A stretch of 64,000 nucleotides of DNA from Bacteroidota bacterium (GTDB taxonomy: Bacteria > Bacteroidota > Bacteroidia > Bacteroidales > JAGONC01): positions 8,255-72,254 of the forward strand of contig JAKLFC010000011.1 of the NCBI GenBank assembly GCA_022711405.1, read 5' to 3'. The position numbers were made by a program, and so were the translations under genes. The notes under the pieces are model-generated. The model did not search any database. It was not told the origin of the DNA and saw nothing but the letters and a program-made list of their open reading frames with translations. Of the stretch, positions 53,801 to 62,794 are shown in pieces; position 1 is the stretch's first letter; each line of letters opens with the position of its first letter.

Positions 53801-56134
53801 AATAAATTCGCCTTCCAGAATGTCTTCGGATTCCTGCCACTTCAGTGGACCAGCGGCGACCTGGACGATAACGGTGAGACCATCGAGATCAGGGATCCTT
53901 ACGGCAACACGATCGACCATGTAGCCTACGATGATGAATCGCCATGGGATACGATCCCCGACGGATACGGACCTTCCCTCTCGTTCTGTTATCCCTATCT
54001 TGACAATGCATTACCTGAATACTGGACACCTTCCACTGAATTCGCTGCTGTCAACGGCAATGGCGACACGATCTGGGCATCACCACTGGCGGGATGCACA
54101 CTGCCGGATTACGAGATCGTCATCACCGAGATCATGTACAATCCCCCGGAAAGCGGTACCGACAGCCTTGAGTTCATCGAGCTGTACAACCGCGGGGCGG
54201 AAACGGTCAGCCTGGAAGGATTCTATTTCTCCGAGGGGCTCACCTACACCTTCCCCCCGGTTGTCATTGAGCCGGATGCCTACCTGGTGGTCTGTGCCGA
54301 TTCATCGGCTTTCCGGAGCGTTTTCGGATTTTCTGCCCTCCAGTGGACCGATGGAGCCCTGAACAATGGCGGGGAAAACCTTGCCCTGAGGGATAATTTC
54401 AATACACAGCTTGATTTTGTTCCCTATCTGGACCAGCTGCCCTGGGATACGCTGGCCGACGGAGACGGACCCAGCCTTACGCTCTGTGATCCTTCCCTCG
54501 ACAATGCCCTGCCCGAAAGCTGGGCTGCCTCCACCGAATTTGCAGCCATCAATGCGGCAGGAGATACCCTCTTCGCCACCCCCGGTGCCGGCTGCGGTAT
54601 CGTCACACTGCCGGAAGCAGACTTCTCTGCCAGCAGCCGGGAGATACTCAAAGGCACAAGCGTGGATTTTACGGATCTGTCAACCGGTCAGCCTGACACA
54701 TGGGCCTGGCAGTTCGAAGGTGGGACTCCCGCTTTTTCCGATGAACAAAATCCGTCGGGGATCGTCTATTCCGCTGCCGGAACATTCGATGTGACACTCA
54801 CGGTCACCAACCTTTACGGGGAGGATACGGAATTCAGGTCAGGTTACATCACCGTGCTTGACTCCACCTTTTATTCGCTCGTCATCACCGAGATCATGTA
54901 CAATCCACCCGAACAGGGAACCGATTCCCTGGAGTTCATCGAGCTGTACAACAATGACCAGGTGACGGTCAACCTCGCTGGATTCTACTTCTCGAAGGGT
55001 GTTGATTTCACGTTTCCGGAAGTATCCCTGGATCCCGGGGAATATATGCTGGTTGCCTATAATTCGCAGGCGATCCTCAATACGTTCGGCGTGAACGCCT
55101 ACCAATGGCTGGGCGGAGCCTTGAGCAATGGCGGGGAGGAAGTGGAGCTGAGCGATCCCTTTGGCGTGGTGCAGGATTATGTCAGCTACGACAGCGAAGA
55201 TCCCTGGCCGCCTCAGTGCGACGGACTGGGCCCCTCACTGACCCTGTGCTACCCGGATGAGGATAACTCCCTGCCCGGATCCTGGAATACTTCCACCGAA
55301 TTTGCTGCGGTAAACCAGGATGGGGACACCATCAGGGCGACGCCCATGGGAGGCTGTCAGGGGATTGTTCCTGATGCAAATTTCGTTGCCTCTGAAACAA
55401 CTGTCGCGGTGGGAGGAACCATTGATTTTACAGACCTTTCAGTCGGTAACCCGACCATTTGGGACTGGACCTTCGAAGGAGGAACACCTCCGGCTTCTGA
55501 TGAACAGCATCCCCAGGATATCCTGTACAATGAACCAGGCAACTTCTCGGTTACCCTGAAGGTCACCAATAATCTGGGTAGCGATACAAAAACCATTGAG
55601 AATTACATCACGGCCGGCTACGCACCGGTGGCTGAGTTTGTGGCCGATGAGACCGAGGTCACCGTGGGGACGACCGTTTCGTTTGAGGACCTGTCCCTTC
55701 ACGAACCAATTACCTGGGCGTGGGTGTTCCCGGGAGGTACCCCTTCCACTTCCAATGTACAAAATCCGGAGGTCAAGTATGAAATCGCCGGAGATTTCGA
55801 TGTGGAACTGACCGTCACCAACGCATTTGGCGAAAACACGGTCACTAAAGTGGAATACATACACGTGGCGGTTGGGATCGATGGTGGGATGGCGGTACCG
55901 GACCAGATTTCAATCTATCCGGTTCCCTCCGATGGCGTGGTTGTCCTCGACAACCTACCCGTACCAGTTACTCTGGAAGTATATTCCCTGATCGGTGAGA
56001 TGGTCTGGGGAAGCAGGATAAACCAGACCCATTGCAGACTTGACTTCGGATGGCTGAACAAGGGTGTTTATTTCGTCCGTTTCATCGGACAGGATCAGGG
56101 AATCAATGTCATTAAAAAGATGATCATCAATTAA
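50810..56134 (+). CDS. Giant T9SS cargo protein: ExeM/NucH-like N-terminal LTD + OB-like region, two starch-binding-like modules, four LTD repeats, three PKD domains, T9SS C-terminal domain
   Basis: 1774 aa. Signal peptide. INEVHYDNTGTDVNEFIEV. Four copies of (V/I)ITEIMYNPPE..D(S/T)LEF(I/L)E(L/I)(Y/F)N...PWP..(P/A)DG.GPSL. PKD-like V(D/S)F(T/E)DLS...W.(W/F).(F/V).GG.P. C-terminal IYPVPSDG...GVYFVRF. Confidence 0.85.
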   Translation: MKKFYFIFLMVTGPCLFLRAQNAWINEVHYDNTGTDVNEFIEVVIQNAGSYSLSDFMVTLYNGGNGTSYGTKTLDLFTAGATSNGFSIFYFVYPANGIQNGSPDGMALSYQSVLIPGQFLSYEGVFTGSGGVANGLISVDIGVTEAGSEPVGQSLQLTGSGTLYNQFTWQAPADDTPGQLNNGQTFGGTPTNAISYAYAKSATALDVMYNLSVTSVNPASYILTGTAPITFSTAVIDGTDNKLVHLTGPSVSMTGDNVVDKIKDTSIPSEYDFYAGILPVSFTNTTNPGGVMDNIHFASFQGIISADDNFNNVWISDNSSAYHGVMIYDNNFDALVNAGDEILIRSKRDVYNNLTELVTPALLNILSTGNAPYGPAVINGSDISETLPANTDPGEKWEGQLVKIQNFTVEAYTDYDYECSWTGSRTTYYFHVGDNVDYQFGTTELVVGQSYASITGVVDWSGTGPYYRINPRTQSDIVPNPTSARIVGSFQGWNTTDPNYVMNGKPNGLFQLTKTLPAGDHEYKVIEGDSWSDPNYPANNQHIVLGASSSVTWITNIDANLVTHTPPNVSGNFLSEMGGLDWDPGATIGEMTDGNNDDIYTKKIKVPEGGWECKIALNRNWDQSTGDNTFFLANGVDSVAFTYDMATNTTAVVGAPPVYAAITFIINDAEEQTFGGFYLKGSWDASGNYDPEWNSGNEHTAMYDDGTHGDQLAGDHIFTAQVNLAVDYGYHTWEWGVNDEDHNWVAGNWPFTLPGTSPQTLTQVFGPIPSLVITEIMYNPPESGNDTLEFLEIYNPGAVAIDLEGFHFKEGVTFTFPETTLLPESYTLVAISSGAMENFFGVEAFQWTDGALNNGGETVILADNLGRAVDSVAFDDAAPWPTSPDGFGPSLVFCDPSLDNSIPDDWSASLDYAGVNAANDSIFASPGTGCIYQVPPVLITEIMYNPPEEGADSLEFIELFNRGNGVIDFDDFYFSSGVEYTFQNLQLTPGERVVIAKNKFAFQNVFGFLPLQWTSGDLDDNGETIEIRDPYGNTIDHVAYDDESPWDTIPDGYGPSLSFCYPYLDNALPEYWTPSTEFAAVNGNGDTIWASPLAGCTLPDYEIVITEIMYNPPESGTDSLEFIELYNRGAETVSLEGFYFSEGLTYTFPPVVIEPDAYLVVCADSSAFRSVFGFSALQWTDGALNNGGENLALRDNFNTQLDFVPYLDQLPWDTLADGDGPSLTLCDPSLDNALPESWAASTEFAAINAAGDTLFATPGAGCGIVTLPEADFSASSREILKGTSVDFTDLSTGQPDTWAWQFEGGTPAFSDEQNPSGIVYSAAGTFDVTLTVTNLYGEDTEFRSGYITVLDSTFYSLVITEIMYNPPEQGTDSLEFIELYNNDQVTVNLAGFYFSKGVDFTFPEVSLDPGEYMLVAYNSQAILNTFGVNAYQWLGGALSNGGEEVELSDPFGVVQDYVSYDSEDPWPPQCDGLGPSLTLCYPDEDNSLPGSWNTSTEFAAVNQDGDTIRATPMGGCQGIVPDANFVASETTVAVGGTIDFTDLSVGNPTIWDWTFEGGTPPASDEQHPQDILYNEPGNFSVTLKVTNNLGSDTKTIENYITAGYAPVAEFVADETEVTVGTTVSFEDLSLHEPITWAWVFPGGTPSTSNVQNPEVKYEIAGDFDVELTVTNAFGENTVTKVEYIHVAVGIDGGMAVPDQISIYPVPSDGVVVLDNLPVPVTLEVYSLIGEMVWGSRINQTHCRLDFGWLNKGVYFVRFIGQDQGINVIKKMIIN

Positions 56135-56147
56135 AAACAGACATGCA

Positions 56148-59100
56148 ATGAAAATTCCTGTTGAGAGGATCCACTGGCTGATCCCTTTTCTGATCTTTCT
56201 GATCTTTCTTCCGGCGGTCGTTACTGCTCAGAAGGTCGTTATCAATGAGATCATGTACCACCCCTCTGAGGAGCTGGGTGCCGACAGCGTTTTTGAATAC
56301 ATTGAATTATACAACAGCGATACCGCCGGCTTCGATCTCTCGGGCTGGTCGTTCACCGAGGGGATCTCCTACGTGTTTCCCCAGGGCATAAGCCTGGGGA
56401 AGGAAGAGTACCTGGTGATTGCACGGAATCCTGATTCTGTGATGACTCATTATGGAATTGAGAACGTGTACGGTCCTTTTTCGGATTCACTTGCCAATGC
56501 AGGGGAAGAGATCGAATTGAGCAACAATGAAGATGACGTGATCGATTATATGATGTACGGTAACGAGGGTGACTGGCCTACTGAGCCCAACGGTAAAGGT
56601 CCTTCCCTGGAGCTCATTGATCCTGTCATGGAAAACACAGAGCCGGAAAGCTGGGATGCCAGCATAGTCGACGGCGGTACACCCGGCATTCTCAACTCTG
56701 TTGCCTATCATGAGCCTTCCATCGTTGTGACCAGCCCTAACGGAGGGGAGTTCTGGGAACAGGGGGAAGAGTATCCGATCACCTGGACATCCGTCGGGAT
56801 GGAGGGAGCGGTCAGGATTGAATTGTACAAGGATGGACTACCATTCGGGGTGCTCAGCGATAGTACTGACAACAGCGGCTCATGGACATGGGCCATACCG
56901 GTGGGCCAGCCTGCCGGTATCCATTACAGGATCAGGATCTCCGATGAGGCCGACGATGACCCCGCCGATGTAAGCGATACGGATTTTGCGATCATCATGC
57001 CCACCGAAGTTCCCAATGTGGTGATCACTGAGATCATGTACAATCCCCCTCAGGGAGAGACAGATAACATCGAATTCATCGAAATATTCAATAACTTCAG
57101 TGCACCGGTGAACATGGAGGATTCCTATTTTTCGAAGGGGATCGATTATCTGTTTCCGGATACTGTCCTCTCACCGGGCGCCTATATAGTGATTGCCCGG
57201 AACGCCGTGGAGTTTGAGAGCATCTTTGGATTTACTCCATTCCAATGGACCGGCGGAGAGCTGGGCGATGACGGTGATACGATCCAGATCCGTAATCCGC
57301 TCAATATCATCATAGATATGGTTCCCTATACGGATGAGCTTCCCTGGGACACCCTGGCCGATGGATACGGTCACTCCCTGACCTTCTGTGACGCTTATCA
57401 GGATAATTCAGATCCGGAATTCTGGATGGCCTCTGCCGACCTGGCAGTGATCACCCCTGATGGAGATACGATCTACGCCACACCCGGCGGCGCCTGCGGA
57501 AGTATGGCTCCGGTTGCTGATTTCGAGGCCGATACGACTACCATCTACCAGGGTGAGGGAGTCAACTTCACGGACCTTTCGGCAAATAATCCAACCTACT
57601 GGTACTGGACTTTCCCAGGAACATTACAAGGCTGGTCCACCGAGCAGAACCCCGGCCCCATCATCTATGAGACTCCGGGACTCTACGACGTTAAATTGAT
57701 CGCCTATAACATCAACGGCACGGATACCCTGACCAGGGAAGACTATATCGAGGTCCTCTTTATTGATAATACGCCCCATGCCAATTTTACGGTCAGCGAC
57801 ACCATGATCTATGTGGGTTCGGCAGTCGATTTCACCGACCTGACAGCCAATGAGCCCACTGCATGGGAATGGCATTTCCCGGGAGGAGAGCCTTCCTTCT
57901 CCAATGACCAGAATCCGCAGGGTATCCTCTACAGCGCTCCCGGTTTGTATGATGTGCAGCTGTTTGTCACCAATGAGTTCGGAGAGGACCTGATGATCAG
58001 GAATGATTACATCGCCGTCTTTGACACGATCCCTGCCGGCCTGGTCATCACCGAGATCATGTACAATCCGCCGGAGACCGGCACCGACAGCCTTGAGTTC
58101 ATCGAGATCTACAACAACGGTGCTTCCCCTGTCGTTCTCAAGGGGCTCCATTTTTCCGAGGGGATCGATTACACGTTCCCCGGAATGGTGCTGTCCTCCA
58201 ATGAATACCAGGTGGTGGCTGCCAATTCGGAATCCCTGTTCAATACCTTCGGCGTCGCCTCCCTGCAATGGGCCGAAGGAGCCCTGAGCAACAGCGGGGA
58301 AGATATAGAGCTATCCGATTTCTTCGGCACCGTCGTGGACTATCTCGAATACGACGATGAGGCCCCGTGGCCCCTGGAACCTGACGGTGGCGGCCCGTCG
58401 CTGACGCTCTGTGATCCGGATGCAGACAATTCACTGCCGGAGAACTGGCAGGCCTCCATCGAATTTGCAGCCGTCAATGCGGCGGGAGATACCATTCGCG
58501 CCACGCCGGGCCGTGGCTGCGCTACCCCGCCAACGGCTGACTTTACCTCCGATTTTATAGCCATCGCCCCGGGTGATTCCATCAGCTTCTTCGACCTGAG
58601 CACCGGCCAGCCGGAGGAATGGCATTGGAGCTTTGTGGGCGGTACGCCGGAATCCTCCAACGGACAGAATCCCCAGGACATCCTGTATACCACAGCTGGT
58701 ATATATACAGTTTCTCTTTCGGTCTTCAACGACTATGGGGCCGATTCACTGACGCGCTACGGGTATATTACGGTAGGATTCGCACCCCAGGCTGATTTTG
58801 TGGTCGATGAAACGGAGATCGCAACAGGTGCACAGGTGACTTTCACCGATCTCTCCCAGGGATTCCCATTGTCAGTGTACTTCTGGACGTTCCCGGGAGG
58901 TGTACCGGATACATCTGACGAACAAAATCCGGTCGTGACCTACCCCGATGCGGGGGATTTCGATGTCACCCTCACGGTTACCAATGTGTTTGGCGAGAGT
59001 GCCGAGCTGAAAACAGAATATATCCACGTGACAGTGGGTGTGGGCGACATTGGTGAAGACGACATGGTTTCGGTGTATCCTGATCCATCCGACGGATGCG

Positions 59101-59294
59101 TCAGGATACAATCACCCGTGGTCCCCCTGGAGGTTGAAGTGATCAGCATCCTGGGAGAGAAAGTTTTCGGGGGTACCCTTACCGAACCTGTCTCAGATCT
59201 TGACCTGCAGGGATTGCGAAAAGGGATCTACTTCCTGGTTTTTCATTCCGGCAACGACCGTCCGTTGCAACCGGTCAAATTGATGATCTATTAA
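56148..59294 (+). CDS. T9SS cargo protein with three LTD repeats, a Kre9/Ser-Thr-rich-anchor-like Ig module, four PKD domains, T9SS C-terminal domain
   Basis: 1048 aa. LTDs at VINEIMYHPSEE.., VITEIMYNPPQGETDNIEFIEIFN and VITEIMYNPPETGTDSLEFIEIYN. C-terminal VYPDPSDG...GIYFLVF. Confidence 0.85.
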   Translation: MKIPVERIHWLIPFLIFLIFLPAVVTAQKVVINEIMYHPSEELGADSVFEYIELYNSDTAGFDLSGWSFTEGISYVFPQGISLGKEEYLVIARNPDSVMTHYGIENVYGPFSDSLANAGEEIELSNNEDDVIDYMMYGNEGDWPTEPNGKGPSLELIDPVMENTEPESWDASIVDGGTPGILNSVAYHEPSIVVTSPNGGEFWEQGEEYPITWTSVGMEGAVRIELYKDGLPFGVLSDSTDNSGSWTWAIPVGQPAGIHYRIRISDEADDDPADVSDTDFAIIMPTEVPNVVITEIMYNPPQGETDNIEFIEIFNNFSAPVNMEDSYFSKGIDYLFPDTVLSPGAYIVIARNAVEFESIFGFTPFQWTGGELGDDGDTIQIRNPLNIIIDMVPYTDELPWDTLADGYGHSLTFCDAYQDNSDPEFWMASADLAVITPDGDTIYATPGGACGSMAPVADFEADTTTIYQGEGVNFTDLSANNPTYWYWTFPGTLQGWSTEQNPGPIIYETPGLYDVKLIAYNINGTDTLTREDYIEVLFIDNTPHANFTVSDTMIYVGSAVDFTDLTANEPTAWEWHFPGGEPSFSNDQNPQGILYSAPGLYDVQLFVTNEFGEDLMIRNDYIAVFDTIPAGLVITEIMYNPPETGTDSLEFIEIYNNGASPVVLKGLHFSEGIDYTFPGMVLSSNEYQVVAANSESLFNTFGVASLQWAEGALSNSGEDIELSDFFGTVVDYLEYDDEAPWPLEPDGGGPSLTLCDPDADNSLPENWQASIEFAAVNAAGDTIRATPGRGCATPPTADFTSDFIAIAPGDSISFFDLSTGQPEEWHWSFVGGTPESSNGQNPQDILYTTAGIYTVSLSVFNDYGADSLTRYGYITVGFAPQADFVVDETEIATGAQVTFTDLSQGFPLSVYFWTFPGGVPDTSDEQNPVVTYPDAGDFDVTLTVTNVFGESAELKTEYIHVTVGVGDIGEDDMVSVYPDPSDGCVRIQSPVVPLEVEVISILGEKVFGGTLTEPVSDLDLQGLRKGIYFLVFHSGNDRPLQPVKLMIY

Positions 59295-59316
59295 TACCAT
59301 CTTATAACTCATTGTC

Positions 59317-60984
59317 ATGAAAAGAATTCTGACCTTTATCGCTTTACTTTTTTTGAGCCATCTTGCTTTCTCCCAGAACATCTGGCTGAATGAGATCCAT
59401 TATGATAATGCCGGAACCGACCAGGGCGAGTTCATCGAAATCGCCCTGCAGAATGCCGGCAGTTATACCCTGTCGGATTTCACCATCACCCTTTACAACG
59501 GGAACAACGGAGCGCAATATGACGCCCGGACCATGGACACTTTCACCGTGGGAGGCTCTGTGGAAGGCATAACGCTCTATTATCTGGCATTCCCTGAAAA
59601 TGGAGTCCAGAATGGAGAAGAGGATGGCCTGGCAATTTCTTACCAGGGAACAGTGGTGGCCGGCCAGTTCGTGAGCTGGGAAGGGGTATTGACCGCTACG
59701 GACGGTCCGGCCAGCGGAATGACCTCCACCGATATCGGAGTGGCTGAATCCAGTGCCACGCTGGTTGGACAGTCGCTGCAGCTGGGGGGCACCGGAAGCA
59801 TGTACAGCGAATTCACCTGGCAGGAAGCCCAGACAGCTACCATGGGAGCGATCAATGCCAACCAGCAGTTCGGTGCCTTCACTCCTGATCCCGAACCCTC
59901 CGAATACCCTACCGGCTTTACTGCCATTGCGCAGGGATTCGACATCGTGGTATCCTGGACCGATGCCGGCGGGACCCAGCCGCCTCACCGCTACCTGGTC
60001 CTCGCGGCTGACCACATCCTCTCCGGTACACCACAGGATGGAACCCCGGTGGCTGACGATATGGATTTCAGCGACGGAAACGGCGCCGCCAACATTGATA
60101 TTGGTATCGGTACGGTCACTTTCACCGGTCTGACCTCCGCCACCACCTACTATTTCAACATCTTCCCCTATACGAATTCGGGTGAATACATTGACTATAA
60201 GAACGACGGCACTCCCCCTCAGGCCGAAACGTCCACCTCGAATCTTACCGTGATCCTCCAGGAAGATTTTGAGAGCCAGACCCTGGGCGACTGGCAGGCA
60301 TACTCGGTCACCGGTGACCTGCTATGGGAACCTTCTTCCTTCAGCAACAACTGGTTCGCCCGGATGAGCGGATTCAGCGGCGGACCGCTGGAAAACGATG
60401 ACTGGCTGATCTCTCCGGCACTGAACCTGGAAAATTACCACAACGAGGTCCTGACGTTCATTACTGCCATGAATTACACCGGCCCTGCGCTGCAGGTGAA
60501 AATATCCACCGATTATGAGGGATCGGGCAATCCGGGTCAGGCCGAATGGACCACCCTCGAGGCAGTGCTCTCTGCAGGTAGCTGGGAATGGATATCCTCC
60601 GGACAGATCGATATCTCGGATTACGACGGCAACCAGGTATTTGTCGCCTTCCAGTATACCAGCAACACGACAGAGGCCGCCACCTGGGAAGTGGATGATA
60701 TCATGATCGTCGGTGAAGCGAACGTGGGGATATCCAATCCGCTGCAGACCCTGAACGTGAACGTATACCCCAATCCTGCAGACAGCTACATCCGTCTGGA
60801 TCTTTCCCGTGGACAATACCGGGTATCACTCTTTACGATCCAGGGAAGGTTAATTGACCAGTTTCTGCTGGATGATGGACAAAATACCATTGACCTGGGA
60901 ATGGTACCAAAGGGATTGTATTTCCTTAAGGTAACTGACCTTGAAAAAGGCACTACAGGCACTGTTAAAGTCACTATCAATTAA
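59317..60984 (+). CDS. T9SS cargo protein: ExeM/NucH-like N-terminal LTD + FN3-like + choice-of-anchor-J-like domain + T9SS C-terminal domain
   Basis: 555 aa. LNEIHYDNAGTDQGEFIEI. LQEDFESQTLGDWQAY...NDDWLISPALNL. C-terminal VYPNPADS...GLYFLKV. Confidence 0.8.
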   Translation: MKRILTFIALLFLSHLAFSQNIWLNEIHYDNAGTDQGEFIEIALQNAGSYTLSDFTITLYNGNNGAQYDARTMDTFTVGGSVEGITLYYLAFPENGVQNGEEDGLAISYQGTVVAGQFVSWEGVLTATDGPASGMTSTDIGVAESSATLVGQSLQLGGTGSMYSEFTWQEAQTATMGAINANQQFGAFTPDPEPSEYPTGFTAIAQGFDIVVSWTDAGGTQPPHRYLVLAADHILSGTPQDGTPVADDMDFSDGNGAANIDIGIGTVTFTGLTSATTYYFNIFPYTNSGEYIDYKNDGTPPQAETSTSNLTVILQEDFESQTLGDWQAYSVTGDLLWEPSSFSNNWFARMSGFSGGPLENDDWLISPALNLENYHNEVLTFITAMNYTGPALQVKISTDYEGSGNPGQAEWTTLEAVLSAGSWEWISSGQIDISDYDGNQVFVAFQYTSNTTEAATWEVDDIMIVGEANVGISNPLQTLNVNVYPNPADSYIRLDLSRGQYRVSLFTIQGRLIDQFLLDDGQNTIDLGMVPKGLYFLKVTDLEKGTTGTVKVTIN

Positions 60985-61035
60985 AATTTAATTTAACGTG
61001 CTTTCGTTATCAAACGAAGTTGTTTTCAAATCCAA

Positions 61036-61140
61036 TTTAACCACGGAGTACACAGAGGATTCACTGAGAACACGGAGTTCAAATGACTTATTACTAATCC
61101 TCTGTGTTCTCCGTACTTCTCCGTGACCTCCGTGGTTAAA
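61036..61140. repeat. TTAACCACGGAG-family palindromic element (copy 3, complete)
   Basis: TTTAACCACGGAGTACACAGAGGAT...ATCCTCTGTGTTCTCCGTACTTCTCCGTGACCTCCGTGGTTAAA. 52 nt after the stop at 60984, followed by an A-rich run. Confidence 0.8.
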
Positions 61141-61218
61141 TAAAAAAATACATTTTGATACAACCTCAGGTTAGAAACATGTCCCCTGACATTTAATTAT
61201 TGGACAATAGGTTGCATT

Positions 61219-62793
61219 ATGCCAGACCTGCGAAAAATATTCCTTCTCATCAGCTTTTTTTTGTGTGCCATTGCCCTGTTTGCCCAGGAAACCGATGAGA
61301 AACAGGTTAAATCCGGTTCCCAGCCGGTTCGGCTGGAGATCGAAACCCGGCAGGATACAGAACCTTTCACCGTGATTCCATTCGGCCCGAAAGGTATGCT
61401 GTTGTTCTATGAAAGCGTTGCAGTTACCGACGATAAGGATCATACGGTCTGGATCTTTAAATTGTATGATGTCAATTTTCGTCAGGTCTGGATACAGGAA
61501 ATGCCGATTCTGAAAGACCTGAAATATGAAAAATCCGTAAGCCATAATGACCTGCTCTACCTGATCTTTTATAATCGTGAAAAGAGCTTTGACGGGAACA
61601 ACTTCGAGATCGTGACGGTTCCCGGTACCAAAGATGGGCTGATCGCGGCCAAGACCGGTAAAATACCCGACAAGAGCCTGCTCGCCCACTTTACGATCTG
61701 GCACCAGAAGGCGCTTCTTGGAATCATCAGCGATGACGACCAGTCCTCCATCATCGGTTTTGACCTGTCAACCGGCGAACAATTCCCGACTCCCCTCACC
61801 AATGCAAGGTTTACCTTCCTGCTGGACATGAAGTTGGATACCGCAGCCGGGACCCTTCATGCTTTCTATAAGACTTATGACAATGAAGCCAATGAATTCA
61901 TCTATTACAGGCAGTTCAATGAGCATGGCGACAGCCTTTTGACGGTCCCTGTTTATAATGACGCTGCCCGCTACCTGATCAACAGCGGTGAGATCCTTTT
62001 ACCCGGGTACGGACAGGTGCTGATCATCGGTACCTTCAAAGACAATCCAAAAGGGAAAACAGATAATGTATATAACGGACTTGACATTGAATCATCAGGG
62101 ATATTCGTGACCCGGCTGACAGGAACCTCGGTCGACTTTATGAAATATTACAACTTTTCAGAATTCTCCAGTTTTTATAAGAACCTGTCGGTCAACGATC
62201 TGTCGAGGATCAGGAAACGGGACAAAAAGGGAGAGGAGATCACCATTGATTATAACCTGCTGGTACACAATATCATTCGGCTGGAAGACGGCTATGTTTT
62301 TGTAGCTGAAGCATATTATCCTGAATATCACACAGTTACGAGAATGATGTACGATTGGTACGGGCGCCCAATGCCGTCCTACTATAATGTATTCGACGGT
62401 TACAGGTACACATCTGCTTTCGTCACCCGGTTCGATAAAGAGGGGAACATGTTGTGGGACAATGGCATGGAACTCTGGGATATTCTATCCAACAAACTGG
62501 AGAACAGGGTCAATGTGATCTTTGACGGGGAGGAAACCATTCTTGCGTTCAATTTCAAAGGAGAAATAACATACAAGGCCTTTACCGCCAAGGAAGAGCA
62601 GCAATCGCTTGAATATGTCCCAATTGAATCAAAGCATACCCGTGATAAAATGACATCCGAATCGGGCAGCAACATGATGTACTGGTACAGGAATTATTTT
62701 CTGGTCTATGGTTACCAGCGTATCAGGAACACGATGCTCAGCGAAGAGGATAAACGCAATGTGTTTTATGTGAACAAAATAGCGTTCGACTGA
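61219..62793 (+). CDS. Secreted hypothetical protein
   Basis: 524 aa. Signal peptide IFLLISFFLCAIALFAQ. No motif recognised. Confidence 0.55.
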   Translation: MPDLRKIFLLISFFLCAIALFAQETDEKQVKSGSQPVRLEIETRQDTEPFTVIPFGPKGMLLFYESVAVTDDKDHTVWIFKLYDVNFRQVWIQEMPILKDLKYEKSVSHNDLLYLIFYNREKSFDGNNFEIVTVPGTKDGLIAAKTGKIPDKSLLAHFTIWHQKALLGIISDDDQSSIIGFDLSTGEQFPTPLTNARFTFLLDMKLDTAAGTLHAFYKTYDNEANEFIYYRQFNEHGDSLLTVPVYNDAARYLINSGEILLPGYGQVLIIGTFKDNPKGKTDNVYNGLDIESSGIFVTRLTGTSVDFMKYYNFSEFSSFYKNLSVNDLSRIRKRDKKGEEITIDYNLLVHNIIRLEDGYVFVAEAYYPEYHTVTRMMYDWYGRPMPSYYNVFDGYRYTSAFVTRFDKEGNMLWDNGMELWDILSNKLENRVNVIFDGEETILAFNFKGEITYKAFTAKEEQQSLEYVPIESKHTRDKMTSESGSNMMYWYRNYFLVYGYQRIRNTMLSEEDKRNVFYVNKIAFD

Positions 62794-62794
62794 A

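Noticed and set aside
52355-60816. Antisense ORFs within the LTD genes (52355-53035, 53456-53920, 57624-58268, 59344-60015, 60322-60816)
   Set aside because: They lie opposite strongly supported, repeat-structured coding sequence and have no independent motifs.
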